DNA of 64,000 bases, from positions 84,957-148,956 of the forward strand of contig CBDCEW010000098.1 of assembly GCA_965215885.1 (NCBI GenBank). The letters are read 5' to 3'. Shown here in pieces: positions 1-10,068 of this stretch (positions are counted from its first letter, which is position 1; every line of letters begins with the position of its first letter). The notes below the pieces were generated by a model. That model made no database searches, was not told where the DNA came from, and was given only the letters and a program-made list of their open reading frames with translations. A program made the translations under genes and the position numbers. The DNA comes from Candidatus Moanibacter sp. GTDB taxonomy: Bacteria; Verrucomicrobiota; Verrucomicrobiia; Opitutales; UBA2987.

Positions 1-1620
1 CTCTACGATCTAACCACCCTTCAACGCGAAGCCAACAGTCGTTTCGGCATGTCAGCCCGGCGCACTCTCCAGGTCGCGCAGGATCTATACGAGAAGCACA
101 AGCTTATCACCTACCCTAGAACGGACTCTCGGGCTCTCCCGGAAGACTACATACCGACATGCAAAAACGTCTTGTCGATGCTTCATGGTGAGATCGAGGA
201 TTTTGCTCAGACAGTTTTGAAAAATGAGTGGGTCAGGCCAAATCGTAGAGTGTTCAACAATAAGCAGATAAGCGACCATTTCGCAGTAATTCCCACGGGC
301 CTGCAGGGCAAGCAGCTCAGGTCCGAAGAAGTTAAAATTTTTGACATGATATTGCGACGTTTTGTTGCCGTCTTTTTCCCGTCGGCGGAATTTGATGTGA
401 CAATCCGTCTCAGTTCCATAGGGGAACACGATTTCAAAACAGAAGGAAAAGTCCTGGTAAAGCCCGGGTGGCTGAGTGTCTACGGAAAGGATGCGACAGC
501 CAAAGGAAATCTGGTTCCACTCTCGAGCGAAGATGGTTCGCCCCCACGGGCAAAAGTTGTGGCTGTCGAGCTGAGAGAGGAATCGACAAAGCCCCCTCCG
601 AGGTACTCGGAAGCCTCCCTTCTATCCGCCATGGAAGGAGCGGGAAAGTTTGTCGAGGATGAAGAACTGGCGGAGGCGATGCGAGACAAGGGTCTCGGCA
701 CGCCGGCGACACGTGCACAGACTATTGAGCAGCTTATCAATCAAAAATATCTGGAACGGGAAAAGCGCGATCTGATACCTACCGCGAAAGCTGAAGGCCT
801 TCTCGATTTTCTTAATGCCGTCCATGCTGAATCGCTTACCAGTCCGTCCATGACGGGCGACTGGGAATATAAGCTTCATCTCATCGAGACAGAAGAACTG
901 AGTCGGGAGGAGTTCATGCGTGGCATCGCCCAAATGACCTCGGAAATTGTGGAGAGGACAAAGTCATTCAGCGAAGAGGCTGCTGGAATAAGGGAAACTT
1001 CGATAATTTCGCCAAGCGATCGAAAGCCGATTTTGGAAACCTTACGCACTTTCAAATCTCAAGACGGCGCTATTTTAGTCTATAAGACAATGGGAAACCG
1101 CAAACTCGATGAAGAAGAGGTAAGAGTGCTCGTAAAGGAAGGACAAGTAGGACCTCTGGAAGGATTCCGCTCGAAGGCGGGAAAGCCGTTTATCGCTAGC
1201 TTAAGGCTAAACCAGGAATCCAAAGTAGAGTTTGTTTTCCAAAACGCCGATCGTGATGGAAATGCGAATAAGGAAGAAAACGTTGATATCTCTAAGCTTC
1301 CGATCGTAGGATCGTGCCCGAAGAGATGCTCGAAGGAAGGGGCAATAGCGAATGTTTACGAGGCGGATAATGCTTTCGCGTGCGAGAACTCTCTAAACAA
1401 CAATAGAGTTTGCGATTTCAGGATAAGTCGCAAGATTTTGGGTCAGTCATTGCCGTCGAACCAGGTCAAAAAATTGCTGCTCGAAGGAAAGACCGATCTC
1501 ATCGAAAATTTTCGATCGAAGCGCACAAAAAAGTATTTCTCGGCCTATCTGGTGCTGAAGAAGCGTGGGGAGATCGGTTTCGAATTCCCTCCCCGCCCGT
1601 CTAAAGGGAGCAAAAAGTAG
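1..1620 (+). CDS. topB: DNA topoisomerase III (type IA), 5' end outside window
   Basis: Frame open from base 1 ([17 protein letters not shown]); catalytic-Tyr motif [19 protein letters not shown]-terminal GF.SK.GK.F repeats. Confidence 0.9.
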   Translation, partial: LYDLTTLQREANSRFGMSARRTLQVAQDLYEKHKLITYPRTDSRALPEDYIPTCKNVLSMLHGEIEDFAQTVLKNEWVRPNRRVFNNKQISDHFAVIPTGLQGKQLRSEEVKIFDMILRRFVAVFFPSAEFDVTIRLSSIGEHDFKTEGKVLVKPGWLSVYGKDATAKGNLVPLSSEDGSPPRAKVVAVELREESTKPPPRYSEASLLSAMEGAGKFVEDEELAEAMRDKGLGTPATRAQTIEQLINQKYLEREKRDLIPTAKAEGLLDFLNAVHAESLTSPSMTGDWEYKLHLIETEELSREEFMRGIAQMTSEIVERTKSFSEEAAGIRETSIISPSDRKPILETLRTFKSQDGAILVYKTMGNRKLDEEEVRVLVKEGQVGPLEGFRSKAGKPFIASLRLNQESKVEFVFQNADRDGNANKEENVDISKLPIVGSCPKRCSKEGAIANVYEADNAFACENSLNNNRVCDFRISRKILGQSLPSNQVKKLLLEGKTDLIENFRSKRTKKYFSAYLVLKKRGEIGFEFPPRPSKGSKK

Positions 1621-1741
1621 CGGCTCCACCTGCCGGAAGCACTTCAATACAAAGATGAAACCACGCCGGACGGATTCTTGCCGAACGTAATAAAAATCAT
1701 ATATCGTTTCAGATAAACGAAATTCCCGAAGGAACTTTGTC

Positions 1742-2776
1742 ATGCCGATAGCATCGCCCCATCAGTTTGCGTCCATGCTCAATGCTGCCCAGGAAGGAGC
1801 CTACGCCTATCCCGCTGTAAACTGCACTTCTATCAGCACGATTAATGCAGCTCTCATGGGATTTGCTCAAAGGAAGTCGGACGGTATCGTTCAATTCTCC
1901 ACCGGTGCAGGCGAATTTGCCTCCGGTGGATTCAATAAGGATGCTGTCAGCGGCGTGATAGTCCTGGCGGAGGCGGCTCACCGCCTGGCCGCAAGGCACG
2001 ATGTATTTATTGCGCTTCATACGGATCACTGCCCACCGGACAAGGCAGGCACATTTCTCAAACCGCTTATTGAGGAGACGGCGGCGAGGCGCAAAAGGGG
2101 TCTCAGTAATCTCTTTCAGGGTCATATGCTGGATGCTTCGGCCCTGCCCTTGAAGGAAAATCTGGAGATGTCCAGGGAGTATCTCAAACTTTGTACCGAG
2201 AATGACATTGTCCTCGAAGTGGAAGCCGGTGTGGTAGGTGGCGAAGAAGACGGAGCGGCCGGCACTAAGGACACTCCTCGGGAGAAGCTATATACGACAC
2301 CCGAAGATATGCTCGAAGTTTTTGAGTCTCTCCAAGGTTTGGGACGCTATATGTTTGCCGCTACTTTCGGCAATGTCCACGGCCACTACAAACCGGGTGC
2401 GGTGAAACTGCGACCCGATATTCTGAAAGAGGGTCAGCAGGCTGTGATTTCCCGTTTTGGAGAGGAGGCGGAATTCGACCTCGTTTTTCACGGTGGATCA
2501 GGTTCCCCCATGGAAGAAATACGTGAAACGCTCCAGTATGGCGTAATCAAAATGAATATCGATACGGATACTCAATATGCATTCACCCGACCCATAGTCG
2601 ATCATCTCATGAGAAATTACGACGGGGCTCTCATGATCGACGGCGAAATCGGAATCAAGAAAATCTACGATCCCCGCTCCTATCTCACAAAGGCGGCCGA
2701 ATCGATGGCTGCGAGAGTCGGTCGCGCCTGCGACGATCTGCTCTCTTCTGGTCGAACGATTTTTGGGAAGATTTGA
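1742..2776 (+). CDS. fbaA: Class II fructose-bisphosphate aldolase
   Basis: Motifs HTDHC, GGEEDG, FGNVHG, VFHGGSG, KMNIDTD, YDPR. Confidence 0.95.
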   Translation: MPIASPHQFASMLNAAQEGAYAYPAVNCTSISTINAALMGFAQRKSDGIVQFSTGAGEFASGGFNKDAVSGVIVLAEAAHRLAARHDVFIALHTDHCPPDKAGTFLKPLIEETAARRKRGLSNLFQGHMLDASALPLKENLEMSREYLKLCTENDIVLEVEAGVVGGEEDGAAGTKDTPREKLYTTPEDMLEVFESLQGLGRYMFAATFGNVHGHYKPGAVKLRPDILKEGQQAVISRFGEEAEFDLVFHGGSGSPMEEIRETLQYGVIKMNIDTDTQYAFTRPIVDHLMRNYDGALMIDGEIGIKKIYDPRSYLTKAAESMAARVGRACDDLLSSGRTIFGKI

Positions 2777-3825
2777 CTCCGCCTATGGAGAGATCTCTTT
2801 CCGCCATTTTTTGCATTCTGCTCCGGTCCGCACCGTTCGTCATGGGCGCTGATAATGTAAACCGTACTCTCACTGCTCTCGATGGAATTGAGGTAGGTCA
2901 TCACACCCTGAAGGAGCGCCTCACCGGAGTAACTGTTGTACTCGCGGAAAAGGGAGTTGTGGCCGGGGTGGACGTACGCGGTTCGTCTCCAGGCACCCGT
3001 GAGACTGATCTTCTCGATCCCGTCAATACCATAGAAAAAATCCATGCCGTGGTATTGTCCGGCGGAAGCGCATTCGGTCTGGACAGCGCATCTGGTGTCA
3101 TGCGCTATCTCGAAGAACGGGGAATCGGGTACGATGTGGGAGTGGCCAGGGTTCCCATCGTTCCAGCCGCAATACTCTTTGATCTTCGCATCGGAGATCC
3201 CAGTATCAGACCAAATGCGGATAGCGGATATCTGGCTGCGAAAGCGGCGTCCAGTGTGCCCGTAGAAGAGGGGAACATCGGCGCCGGCGCCGGCGCCACG
3301 GTCGGCAAGGCACGTGGCATGGAACGGGCCATGAAGGGCGGAATTGGGAGCTACGCCGTCACCCTCCCAAGTGGACTGAAAGTAGCGGCACTTGTCGCTG
3401 TAAACGCCATAGGCGACATCGTAGATCCCAAATCCGGAAAAGTGATAGCGGGGGCACGTAGCGCGGACGGCCGCGATTTGATCGACATTCGACTTCATCA
3501 AGGGGAAAGTCACCAAAAAAGGACCCACTCGATCGAAAACACCACGATAGGCGTAGTCGCCACCAATGCCCGGCTGACGAAGGCCCAGGCAAATAAGATC
3601 GCTCAGATGGCACATGACGGGCTCGCCCGAACGATCTATCCTGCTCACACTCCACATGATGGCGATGCTCTATTTGCGTTGGCTACCGGACGCTTCGCTG
3701 GAGAGGCGGATCTTACCCTGATCGGAACATTGGCCGCGGAGGCAGTCGCGGAGGCGGTTGTTCGCGCCGTAAGGAGAGCCGCAAGCATTCCGGGATACCC
3801 CTCGGCGAGTGATCTGGAGGATTAG
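2773..3825 (+). CDS. P1/S58 (DmpA-like) peptidase; start may be ATG 2785
   Basis: GVDVRGSSPGTRETDLL, LSGGSAFGL, ENTTIGVVATNA (autoprocessing site), HTPHDGD. Confidence 0.88.
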   Translation: MTPPMERSLSAIFCILLRSAPFVMGADNVNRTLTALDGIEVGHHTLKERLTGVTVVLAEKGVVAGVDVRGSSPGTRETDLLDPVNTIEKIHAVVLSGGSAFGLDSASGVMRYLEERGIGYDVGVARVPIVPAAILFDLRIGDPSIRPNADSGYLAAKAASSVPVEEGNIGAGAGATVGKARGMERAMKGGIGSYAVTLPSGLKVAALVAVNAIGDIVDPKSGKVIAGARSADGRDLIDIRLHQGESHQKRTHSIENTTIGVVATNARLTKAQANKIAQMAHDGLARTIYPAHTPHDGDALFALATGRFAGEADLTLIGTLAAEAVAEAVVRAVRRAASIPGYPSASDLED

Positions 3826-3826
3826 T

Positions 3827-5056
3827 GTGAGTTTCTCTGTATATCTCAAACAAGGCGGAATTTTTGTAGGCATCGTGTGTCTGACTTTTGCCTTGATTCT
3901 TCCGTTGGGAGGCTACTCGCAAGATTCGGGGGCCTTCCAGGGAGAAAAAGTTGAGCGGTCGAATCGCTATGTCGAACGCGGCGAAGAATTACAAAAGGTC
4001 GGTGATTACAAAGGCGCTTTGATGGATTACGACGAAGCTATCAGAATATACCCGAAAAACGTCGGAGCCTACGTCGCCCGGGGTAGACTCAAAGTCGAAA
4101 ATGAGAACGTCGATGGAGGGTTCATGGACTACTCCGAAGCCATTGAGATCGATCCTGAATATGATCCCGCCTATTACGAGCGAAGCCGCGCCCTGAAAAA
4201 GAAGGAGGATTGGGAGGGAGCCCTGAGCGATCTCTCGCAGGCCATAGAGTTGAATTCCTCGAATGGAGATTATTACGAGCAGCGCGCCGATTTGAGGATG
4301 AACAGACACCTTTACGCGGAAGCCGCGGAGGACTATGAACGGTTGGCCAACATACAGAAGGATTCGGCCATCCCGTTGGGTCATGCGGGAGGCGCGAAAC
4401 TATTCGATGGGGATTTCGAAGGTGCCCTCGAGACCCTGAACAAGGCGTTGAAACGGAATCGTCACTATTCGGGTGCCTATCTTTTGCGAGCCAACCTGAA
4501 AGTTCTAAAGAGCCTGTACAAGAGCGCCCTCGTAGATTATGGGAAATCCATCCGCATGGACAACCGCAACGCCGGTAGCTTTTTTTCCCGTGGATTGTTC
4601 TATTTCGCCCAGGGACAAATTGAAAAGGCCCGAAAAGACATAGCGGAAGGATTGCAGTGGGCGACGGAGGAGGAATCGGTCGATTATGCCAATCTTTGGC
4701 TATTCCTGATCGACGGACAGTCCGGAAAAGAAGCATCCGCCACAGAGAAACTGCGGCTTTACTTCGAGGATCGCCCTGTTGAAAAAGAGGGAGACTGGTA
4801 TGAAACGTTGGCAAATTTTCTCATTCAAAAAATTTCCGAGAGCGAGTTATTTGATTCTGCGGTCGACTCAGACCCCATCATCGAAATTGAGCAAATGTGT
4901 GAAGCCTACTTTTATACCGCTCAGTTGAATCTGCTGAACAGGAAATATAGCGAGGCCGTCGAGTTGCTCAAAGATTGCCTGGAGTCTCGGATAATTCGCT
5001 TTTACGAATATCAGGCTGCTACGGTCCAACTCCGGAGACTTGAGGAGAGCCCCTAG
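3827..5056 (+). CDS. Secreted TPR protein with NlpI-like C-terminus
   Basis: GTG start after GGAGG; hydrophobic signal; several TPR repeats; CEAYFY...FYEY tail as in NlpI family. Confidence 0.75.
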   Translation: MSFSVYLKQGGIFVGIVCLTFALILPLGGYSQDSGAFQGEKVERSNRYVERGEELQKVGDYKGALMDYDEAIRIYPKNVGAYVARGRLKVENENVDGGFMDYSEAIEIDPEYDPAYYERSRALKKKEDWEGALSDLSQAIELNSSNGDYYEQRADLRMNRHLYAEAAEDYERLANIQKDSAIPLGHAGGAKLFDGDFEGALETLNKALKRNRHYSGAYLLRANLKVLKSLYKSALVDYGKSIRMDNRNAGSFFSRGLFYFAQGQIEKARKDIAEGLQWATEEESVDYANLWLFLIDGQSGKEASATEKLRLYFEDRPVEKEGDWYETLANFLIQKISESELFDSAVDSDPIIEIEQMCEAYFYTAQLNLLNRKYSEAVELLKDCLESRIIRFYEYQAATVQLRRLEESP

Positions 5057-5416
5057 CCCGCATATTTCACACACTTCGTAGCGAGATCCCGGCGCGCCGT
5101 GAATCGCTGCGTATCAAAGCCTTTCCGCATGACGGCGGGCGATCCCGGCTTTTACCACAGTTTAGCGTTTCTGAGGCTGCCCCGGTCTTGTGCCGGGGTG
5201 GCGCACGGTATACAGCTACAATATGCGATCGCCACCGCGCACCCCCCCACCGGTCCTTTCTCGCCCGAGACCGAACACGGCTGGGGCGAGAAAGGACCGG
5301 TGGGGGGGTTGGTAGAGGCACACGGTTTTAGCAGGGAACGCGCGCCACCCCGGCACAAGACCGGGGCAGCCGTCAATCAAAGGCACGCTAAGCAGGTGGT
5401 GAAATTTCCGGGCTAG
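5053..5416. mobile_element. MITE-like non-autonomous element bounded by CTAG on both sides
   Basis: Imperfect terminal inverted repeats CTAGCCCGCATATTTCAC / GTGAAATTTCCGGGCTAG; nested internal inverted repeats (about 30 bp and 24 bp perfect arms). Confidence 0.7.
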
Positions 5417-5754
5417 AATGGCACATCGTCTTCAGGTTCAGAACTGTAGTCAGTCGTGTCCTCCGGATCCGGCGTGTCCTCAGCAGGAGATTCGGTGAGC
5501 TTCTCTATCTTCCATGCCTGAAGGTTTACGTAATACCGGTCCTTGTACTCATTTCCGCGAATGTTAAACTGAACATGAACTTCATCATTAACGTTCAGAT
5601 CGGCAAGAAGGTCACACCGTTCCTTAATGCACTCGATCTTGATATCCTGCGGATAATTCTCTTCCGAAGTTAGGACGAATTCCCGCTTCGTAAATCCACT
5701 TGGGAACGTCTGTATGTCGAATATCTCTTTGATTTTTCCTTTGAGATTATGCAT
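5413..5754 (-). CDS. DUF3127 family protein (putative OB-fold, SSB-like acidic tail)
   Basis: GF.KREFV, YPQ, V.V.FNIRG.EY, NLQAWKI, terminal DDVPF. Confidence 0.85.
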   Translation of the reverse strand: MHNLKGKIKEIFDIQTFPSGFTKREFVLTSEENYPQDIKIECIKERCDLLADLNVNDEVHVQFNIRGNEYKDRYYVNLQAWKIEKLTESPAEDTPDPEDTTDYSSEPEDDVPF

Positions 5755-5758
5755 GTTC

Positions 5759-6442
5759 TTACTTTCTCTGGCTGACTAGATAGGCGCACCTTCTCGCGCC
5801 GGAAAGAATATGTTCCGTCCTCTCAACGACGGCGTTTTCTCCAAGCACCGTCTGGAAAACATTCAGCTCGGCCTGGCAAAGTCCCGTACATGATCGAGCC
5901 GCGCTGCATATAGGGCAATGGTTCTCAATCAAAAGGAAATCGCTCTCACTTACCTTGCATACTGCCGCCATATACCCCTCCTCCGTGCGAACTTCCGCCA
6001 GTTCCTGCAATTTTCCTCGAAGTGTGCCCTTGTTCTTCACTCTCTCTTTATACTCCTTTATCTGCCCCTCCGCCCTTACCTTCAAGAGCTTCTCAATACC
6101 CTCCTGACCGAATGTCTTACGGATTCCTTCAACAAGATTCAAGGCAAGATCCTGGTGCGCGTCCGGAAAATACTGATCTGCTTCGGCTGTTAGTCTCCAC
6201 TGCTTCGCCGGCCTTCCTAACCTCCCCGGCTTCTCCTCGAAAGTCACCAGGCTCTGCTCTTTCATCTCATACAAGTGTTGCCGCACCGCCATGGCCGAAA
6301 CCTTTACTACTCTGGCCAACTCCGCCGCCTCCGACGGCCCTTCGCACTTCAGTATCTCCAGTATCCTCGCCCGTGTCCGTTTCCTCGCCTTTGATTTTAC
6401 CGGCATATTGTTCTTTGCTTGGGATGCCTTGCGCCTGCTCAT
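5759..6442 (-). CDS. SufR-like winged-HTH regulator with C-terminal Cys cluster (putative Fe-S sensor)
   Basis: AVRQHL HTH, GRPAKQW, EGYMA, ENHCPIC, LCQAEL, GARRC. Confidence 0.8.
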   Translation of the reverse strand: MSRRKASQAKNNMPVKSKARKRTRARILEILKCEGPSEAAELARVVKVSAMAVRQHLYEMKEQSLVTFEEKPGRLGRPAKQWRLTAEADQYFPDAHQDLALNLVEGIRKTFGQEGIEKLLKVRAEGQIKEYKERVKNKGTLRGKLQELAEVRTEEGYMAAVCKVSESDFLLIENHCPICSAARSCTGLCQAELNVFQTVLGENAVVERTEHILSGARRCAYLVSQRK

Positions 6443-6474
6443 GTGAGGAAAATATGAGGGTTTTCGAGAATATT

Positions 6475-6532
6475 TAAAGATTTTTCTTTACAAATGTAAA
6501 ACACGAACTACTTTTCTAAAGAAAAATCTTTA
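6475..6532. promoter_or_regulatory. Twin palindromic operator boxes TAAAG-N6-CTTTA (6475-6490 and 6517-6532)
   Basis: TAAAGATTTTTCTTTA and TAAAGAAAAATCTTTA are exact reverse complements, 26 bp apart, in the divergent intergenic region. Confidence 0.65.
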
Positions 6533-6547
6533 GTAATAGGTGGCGGT

Positions 6548-8299
6548 ATGAAAAAAAATGGAAGATATATCAAGGTGGGCAAGATTGGAGAGCTGGAGGA
6601 AGGAGAGATGCAGCAGGTACGGGTTGGAGATCGCACCGTTGTTTTGATCCACCTTAACGGAGAGGTTAGAGCACTGGACAACCGATGTCCGCACATGGGG
6701 TTTCCACTGAGCCAGGGGACCGTAAAGAACGGCATACTGACATGCCATTGGCATCATGCGCGATTCGACATCTCCAGCGGCTGCACCTTTGACCTATTTG
6801 CGGACGACGTTCCTGTATACGAAACTTACGTGGAGGATGGCGATATTCATGTATCGAAAAATCCGACCCGGGAACCTACGCAGGAGTACTACAGCAAGCG
6901 ATTGGCGAGGGGTCTCGAGCAGAATATAGGACTGATCCAAGCCAAGAGCATCATCGGGATGCTTGAATTCAACTCGGACTATCGGTCGATTGTAAGAGAG
7001 ATAGCGCGCTTCGGTGGCGCCAACCACGAGAGTTGGGGAGATGGAATGACTAGCCTGGCGGTAGTGGCAAACCTGTGGCCGAATCTAGGCGAGAATAGCC
7101 GAATACATTCCTTGGCCAAAGCATCGCGAATGTTGGCCCGGAACTGTGCCGGAATGCCGACCCGTCGTGATAGGAATGCTTTGGAAGGCACAACCGTGGC
7201 GATCGACCAACTCAAACAATGGTTTCATCACTGGGCCATGGTACGACAGCGGGATGGAGCGGAACGCACCCTGCTGACGGCTGCGGATGTGGTGGGGGAT
7301 TCTCCCGGATTCAACGACCTGGCTTTTGGAACGATCAGCGATCGCATATTTTCGAACCAGGGGCACACCCTAGATTTCTTCAATAAGGCCTGTGAGTTGC
7401 TGGGCCATATAGGCTGGGATTCCGCGGAGTCGATCTTCCCTACCCTCATGCCACAGATCGCGAATGCTCGGGGAGGCGAAGAACAGAGCGCCTGGCGAAC
7501 ACCGATTGATCTAATTGAAATTGTCCGTGCGGCCGAAGCTGACCTTCCCACGCTGTTAAGTGATCGTAGCAATAAGACCGTGCCGGTTAAAGAGGGCCTA
7601 TTCGAGATCCTCTGGGGGGATGATCCTTACGCTGTGGCGTCTGTCTTGAAAGAGGAAATTTCCCGAGGTGCGGACATCCTGGACCTTGCGCGTTATGTCT
7701 GTTATGCGGCAGCGATGCGGCTGGCCCGTTTTCCCGAGTCAAACGATATCAATGATTGGTTTGATCCGGTTCACACCTTGAACTACGCCAACGCGGTCTA
7801 TCAAAGTCTCTCCAGGTCGATATCGGTTGATACGGTGAAAGGATTGTATCATGCCGCCCTCTCAGTCTACAAAGACCGTTTCTTGAATATTCCCGAAGCC
7901 AAACTCCCCCATGAGCGAAACGGCTTCAAAGATCTTCCCGATGATCCGGACGCGCTCCTGGAAAACCTTCTGGAGTTGCTCAATCACCGCCAGAATCTAA
8001 CGGCTGTTACCTCGTCGGTTGCGCGATATGTCCGCCTCGATCATCCCAGAGAGCGCCTCATTGATTCGCTCGCCTTCGCCACCCTCCGGGAAGATGTCGA
8101 TTTTCACAAAATTCAAATCCTCGAAGCGGGTGTGCGGCAGGCCGAGCTTTGGCGGGGGCGTGTCGAGGAAGAGCATATCTATGTGGGGGTTGCCCGCCAC
8201 CTCGCTGCCCACTGCCCTACCCGGCGTGCCGAATCACGCATGACCGACATCGCCATTCGCCTCCACCGAGGTGAAGCCATCTATGAGGAGGATGGGTGA
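6548..8299 (+). CDS. Rieske [2Fe-2S] domain fused to a ~480-aa helical region of unknown function
   Basis: NRCPHMGFPL and TCHWHHARFD give the CxH...CxxH Rieske ligands in the first ~100 aa. Confidence 0.85.
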   Translation: MKKNGRYIKVGKIGELEEGEMQQVRVGDRTVVLIHLNGEVRALDNRCPHMGFPLSQGTVKNGILTCHWHHARFDISSGCTFDLFADDVPVYETYVEDGDIHVSKNPTREPTQEYYSKRLARGLEQNIGLIQAKSIIGMLEFNSDYRSIVREIARFGGANHESWGDGMTSLAVVANLWPNLGENSRIHSLAKASRMLARNCAGMPTRRDRNALEGTTVAIDQLKQWFHHWAMVRQRDGAERTLLTAADVVGDSPGFNDLAFGTISDRIFSNQGHTLDFFNKACELLGHIGWDSAESIFPTLMPQIANARGGEEQSAWRTPIDLIEIVRAAEADLPTLLSDRSNKTVPVKEGLFEILWGDDPYAVASVLKEEISRGADILDLARYVCYAAAMRLARFPESNDINDWFDPVHTLNYANAVYQSLSRSISVDTVKGLYHAALSVYKDRFLNIPEAKLPHERNGFKDLPDDPDALLENLLELLNHRQNLTAVTSSVARYVRLDHPRERLIDSLAFATLREDVDFHKIQILEAGVRQAELWRGRVEEEHIYVGVARHLAAHCPTRRAESRMTDIAIRLHRGEAIYEEDG

Positions 8300-8358
8300 T
8301 CTGGTTCGCTTTGTCCTTCAGCAGCCTAGGCCGAGGCGAAAGAGTTCAGGGTGAGGAC

Positions 8359-8423
8359 CGAAAAGCTTCCGCTTTCCGCTACACACTTCGATTCGGAACG
8401 TAGCGGAAACCGGAAGCTTTTCG
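8359..8423. repeat. REPIN-like inverted pair of GTAG-type REP units
   Basis: CGAAAAGCTTCCGCTTTCCGCTAC ... GTAGCGGAAACCGGAAGCTTTTCG between convergent genes. Confidence 0.6.
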
Positions 8424-8465
8424 TCCCGTAACTGCGACGGGTTTCCAGCCTTCCTCTTCCATCCT

Positions 8466-8951
8466 TCATCCTTCATCCTCCAGCCTTCCCCTTCCATCCT
8501 TCCTCTTCTTCTCCCCCTTCGGATGCCACCGACGGTTTTCCCGCTTGAGAAGCATGAGTTTCTCCCGTTGCTCAGGATTGAGTTGGTTTTTTATTCTGAT
8601 GACCAGGCTCAAGTGCGATTTCTTGATACCGTGTTCCAGGGTGAGAACATTCTCCAATTGTATCAGGACCGCTTCCTCATCAATCTTTTCCTGTTGCATG
8701 AGTGAAACCATTGATTGCATGGCGCTTTGAAGGTCCCACTCAAGTTCCGATACGTGGGCGCGGGCATTGACAATTTCGTTCTTGATAAAATCCTCCTGCT
8801 CCTCGCTGAGATCGAGAGCACGTTGATTGTGCATTATCAGTTCGGGAGGGAAGAGATTTTCTTCCATCGGGTTACGAGGAGGATGTTGTGCCCACAAAGT
8901 ATGCCCAACAATGATTAGGGTGATAGCAGGAATAGTTTTTTTGAACGTCAT
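8466..8951 (-). CDS. Spy/CpxP-like periplasmic protein
   Basis: Signal peptide, LDLSEEQ and LNPEQR (LTxxQ-like) motifs; GGAGG before ATG 8951. Confidence 0.7.
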   Translation of the reverse strand: MTFKKTIPAITLIIVGHTLWAQHPPRNPMEENLFPPELIMHNQRALDLSEEQEDFIKNEIVNARAHVSELEWDLQSAMQSMVSLMQQEKIDEEAVLIQLENVLTLEHGIKKSHLSLVIRIKNQLNPEQREKLMLLKRENRRWHPKGEKKRKDGRGRLEDEG

Positions 8952-9074
8952 GGTAGTTACCTCCATTGAGTTAATAGCAGCCTGTTGGACATTATGTTTC
9001 TTTCGGAAAAGTTACTCAGTTTCATTCCGATCCCGCTGAGCGGGACTAACAATAAGAAAATGAATCTGTCGGTC

Positions 9075-9494
9075 TCATTCGAAAATCCTCAAGAGTTGGT
9101 CCGTCGGTGCATCCCACCCGAAAATCAGGAATGCAGAGGATGAGGGGAGAGAATCTCCAATCCACTCATATTGTTCATCGGAGGAAGCGAGGCCGGCATT
9201 CCCAAGAAGCGCATCAGTAGGTGAATGCCAACCTTCGAAATCGGTAGATGCGCTCCGTGAACCCGAAGACGGGTATGGGTCTGAGGGTCTCTTGGGAATC
9301 ATCCAGAAGGCGGCGAAAGCCAATACCGTGAGGATCACAACCGGCGCAATGGTGCGACGGCGGCCGATTTTCTCAGGATGTTCACCCCGGTCTCCACTCT
9401 TCTCACAAACATCCGCGAAAAGCGGCGCCCGATTCTTATCCAGCTGTTTGAGTTCGTGAAAGAGTCCCTTTATAGCATATTTCTCCAAGTTCAT
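9075..9494 (-). CDS. Putative single-TM anti-sigma factor
   Basis: Overlaps ECF sigma 3' end; one hydrophobic segment; repeated W.SPTD.LL motif. Confidence 0.55.
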   Translation of the reverse strand: MNLEKYAIKGLFHELKQLDKNRAPLFADVCEKSGDRGEHPEKIGRRRTIAPVVILTVLAFAAFWMIPKRPSDPYPSSGSRSASTDFEGWHSPTDALLGNAGLASSDEQYEWIGDSLPSSSAFLIFGWDAPTDQLLRIFE

Positions 9495-10068
9495 ATTCGT
9501 TGCAGAATTCTGATTTTAATATCTGGTGGCGAAGGCCCTTTTTCCCTCGCTCGTAATGCCTGCGCGCTGCACCGATGGAAATACCCATAACTTCGGCTGC
9601 TTCGCGTATACTGAGGTGATGGTAGAAGACAAGGTGCAGGACTTCGCGCTGCCTTGATGGCAAGTGGCCGAGAACTTCAATCAAAAGAGCTGCTACCTGT
9701 GAACGGTTGATCGCCTCCGAAACTGTGTCGACAGGAGGATTGAGCAGCAGGGATTTCCGAAACTTCCTGAGGCTGAAAAGATTGAGGAGATTGCGGCGCC
9801 GCATATCGGCCGCTGTGTTTCGAATAATGGCAAAAACCCAGGTTTTGTAGTTCGCTCGTTTCCTGTAATGGGTTTTGCCACTGAGGATCTTTAAATAAGC
9901 CGACTGCAACACGTCTTCGGCATCAGGCCGGTTTCTGGAGCAACAGTGCATAGCCCACCCGAAACACTCCTCGTGGAGTTGCTCAAGGTGAGCGCGAAAG
10001 CCGGCAGTACCCTTGTCCGACTCACCGGTTGGTTTAGTTTCCATTACCCATCTTCCCTTATTTCTCAC
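9436..10068 (-). CDS. ECF RNA polymerase sigma factor (start may be ATG 10044)
   Basis: DAEDVLQ and KTWVFAIIRN (region 2); LPSRQREVL...SIREAAEVMGIS (region 4). Confidence 0.88.
   Translation of the reverse strand: MRNKGRWVMETKPTGESDKGTAGFRAHLEQLHEECFGWAMHCCSRNRPDAEDVLQSAYLKILSGKTHYRKRANYKTWVFAIIRNTAADMRRRNLLNLFSLRKFRKSLLLNPPVDTVSEAINRSQVAALLIEVLGHLPSRQREVLHLVFYHHLSIREAAEVMGISIGAARRHYERGKKGLRHQILKSEFCNEYELGEICYKGTLSRTQTAG

Noticed and set aside
2680..3657. Long antisense ORFs (also 49049-50068, 33730-34569, 58165-58959, 31709-32467)
   Set aside because: Shadow frames opposite well-supported genes
5099..5416. Short ORFs on both strands across the inverted-repeat element
   Set aside because: By-products of GC-rich palindromic sequence; no recognisable protein motif
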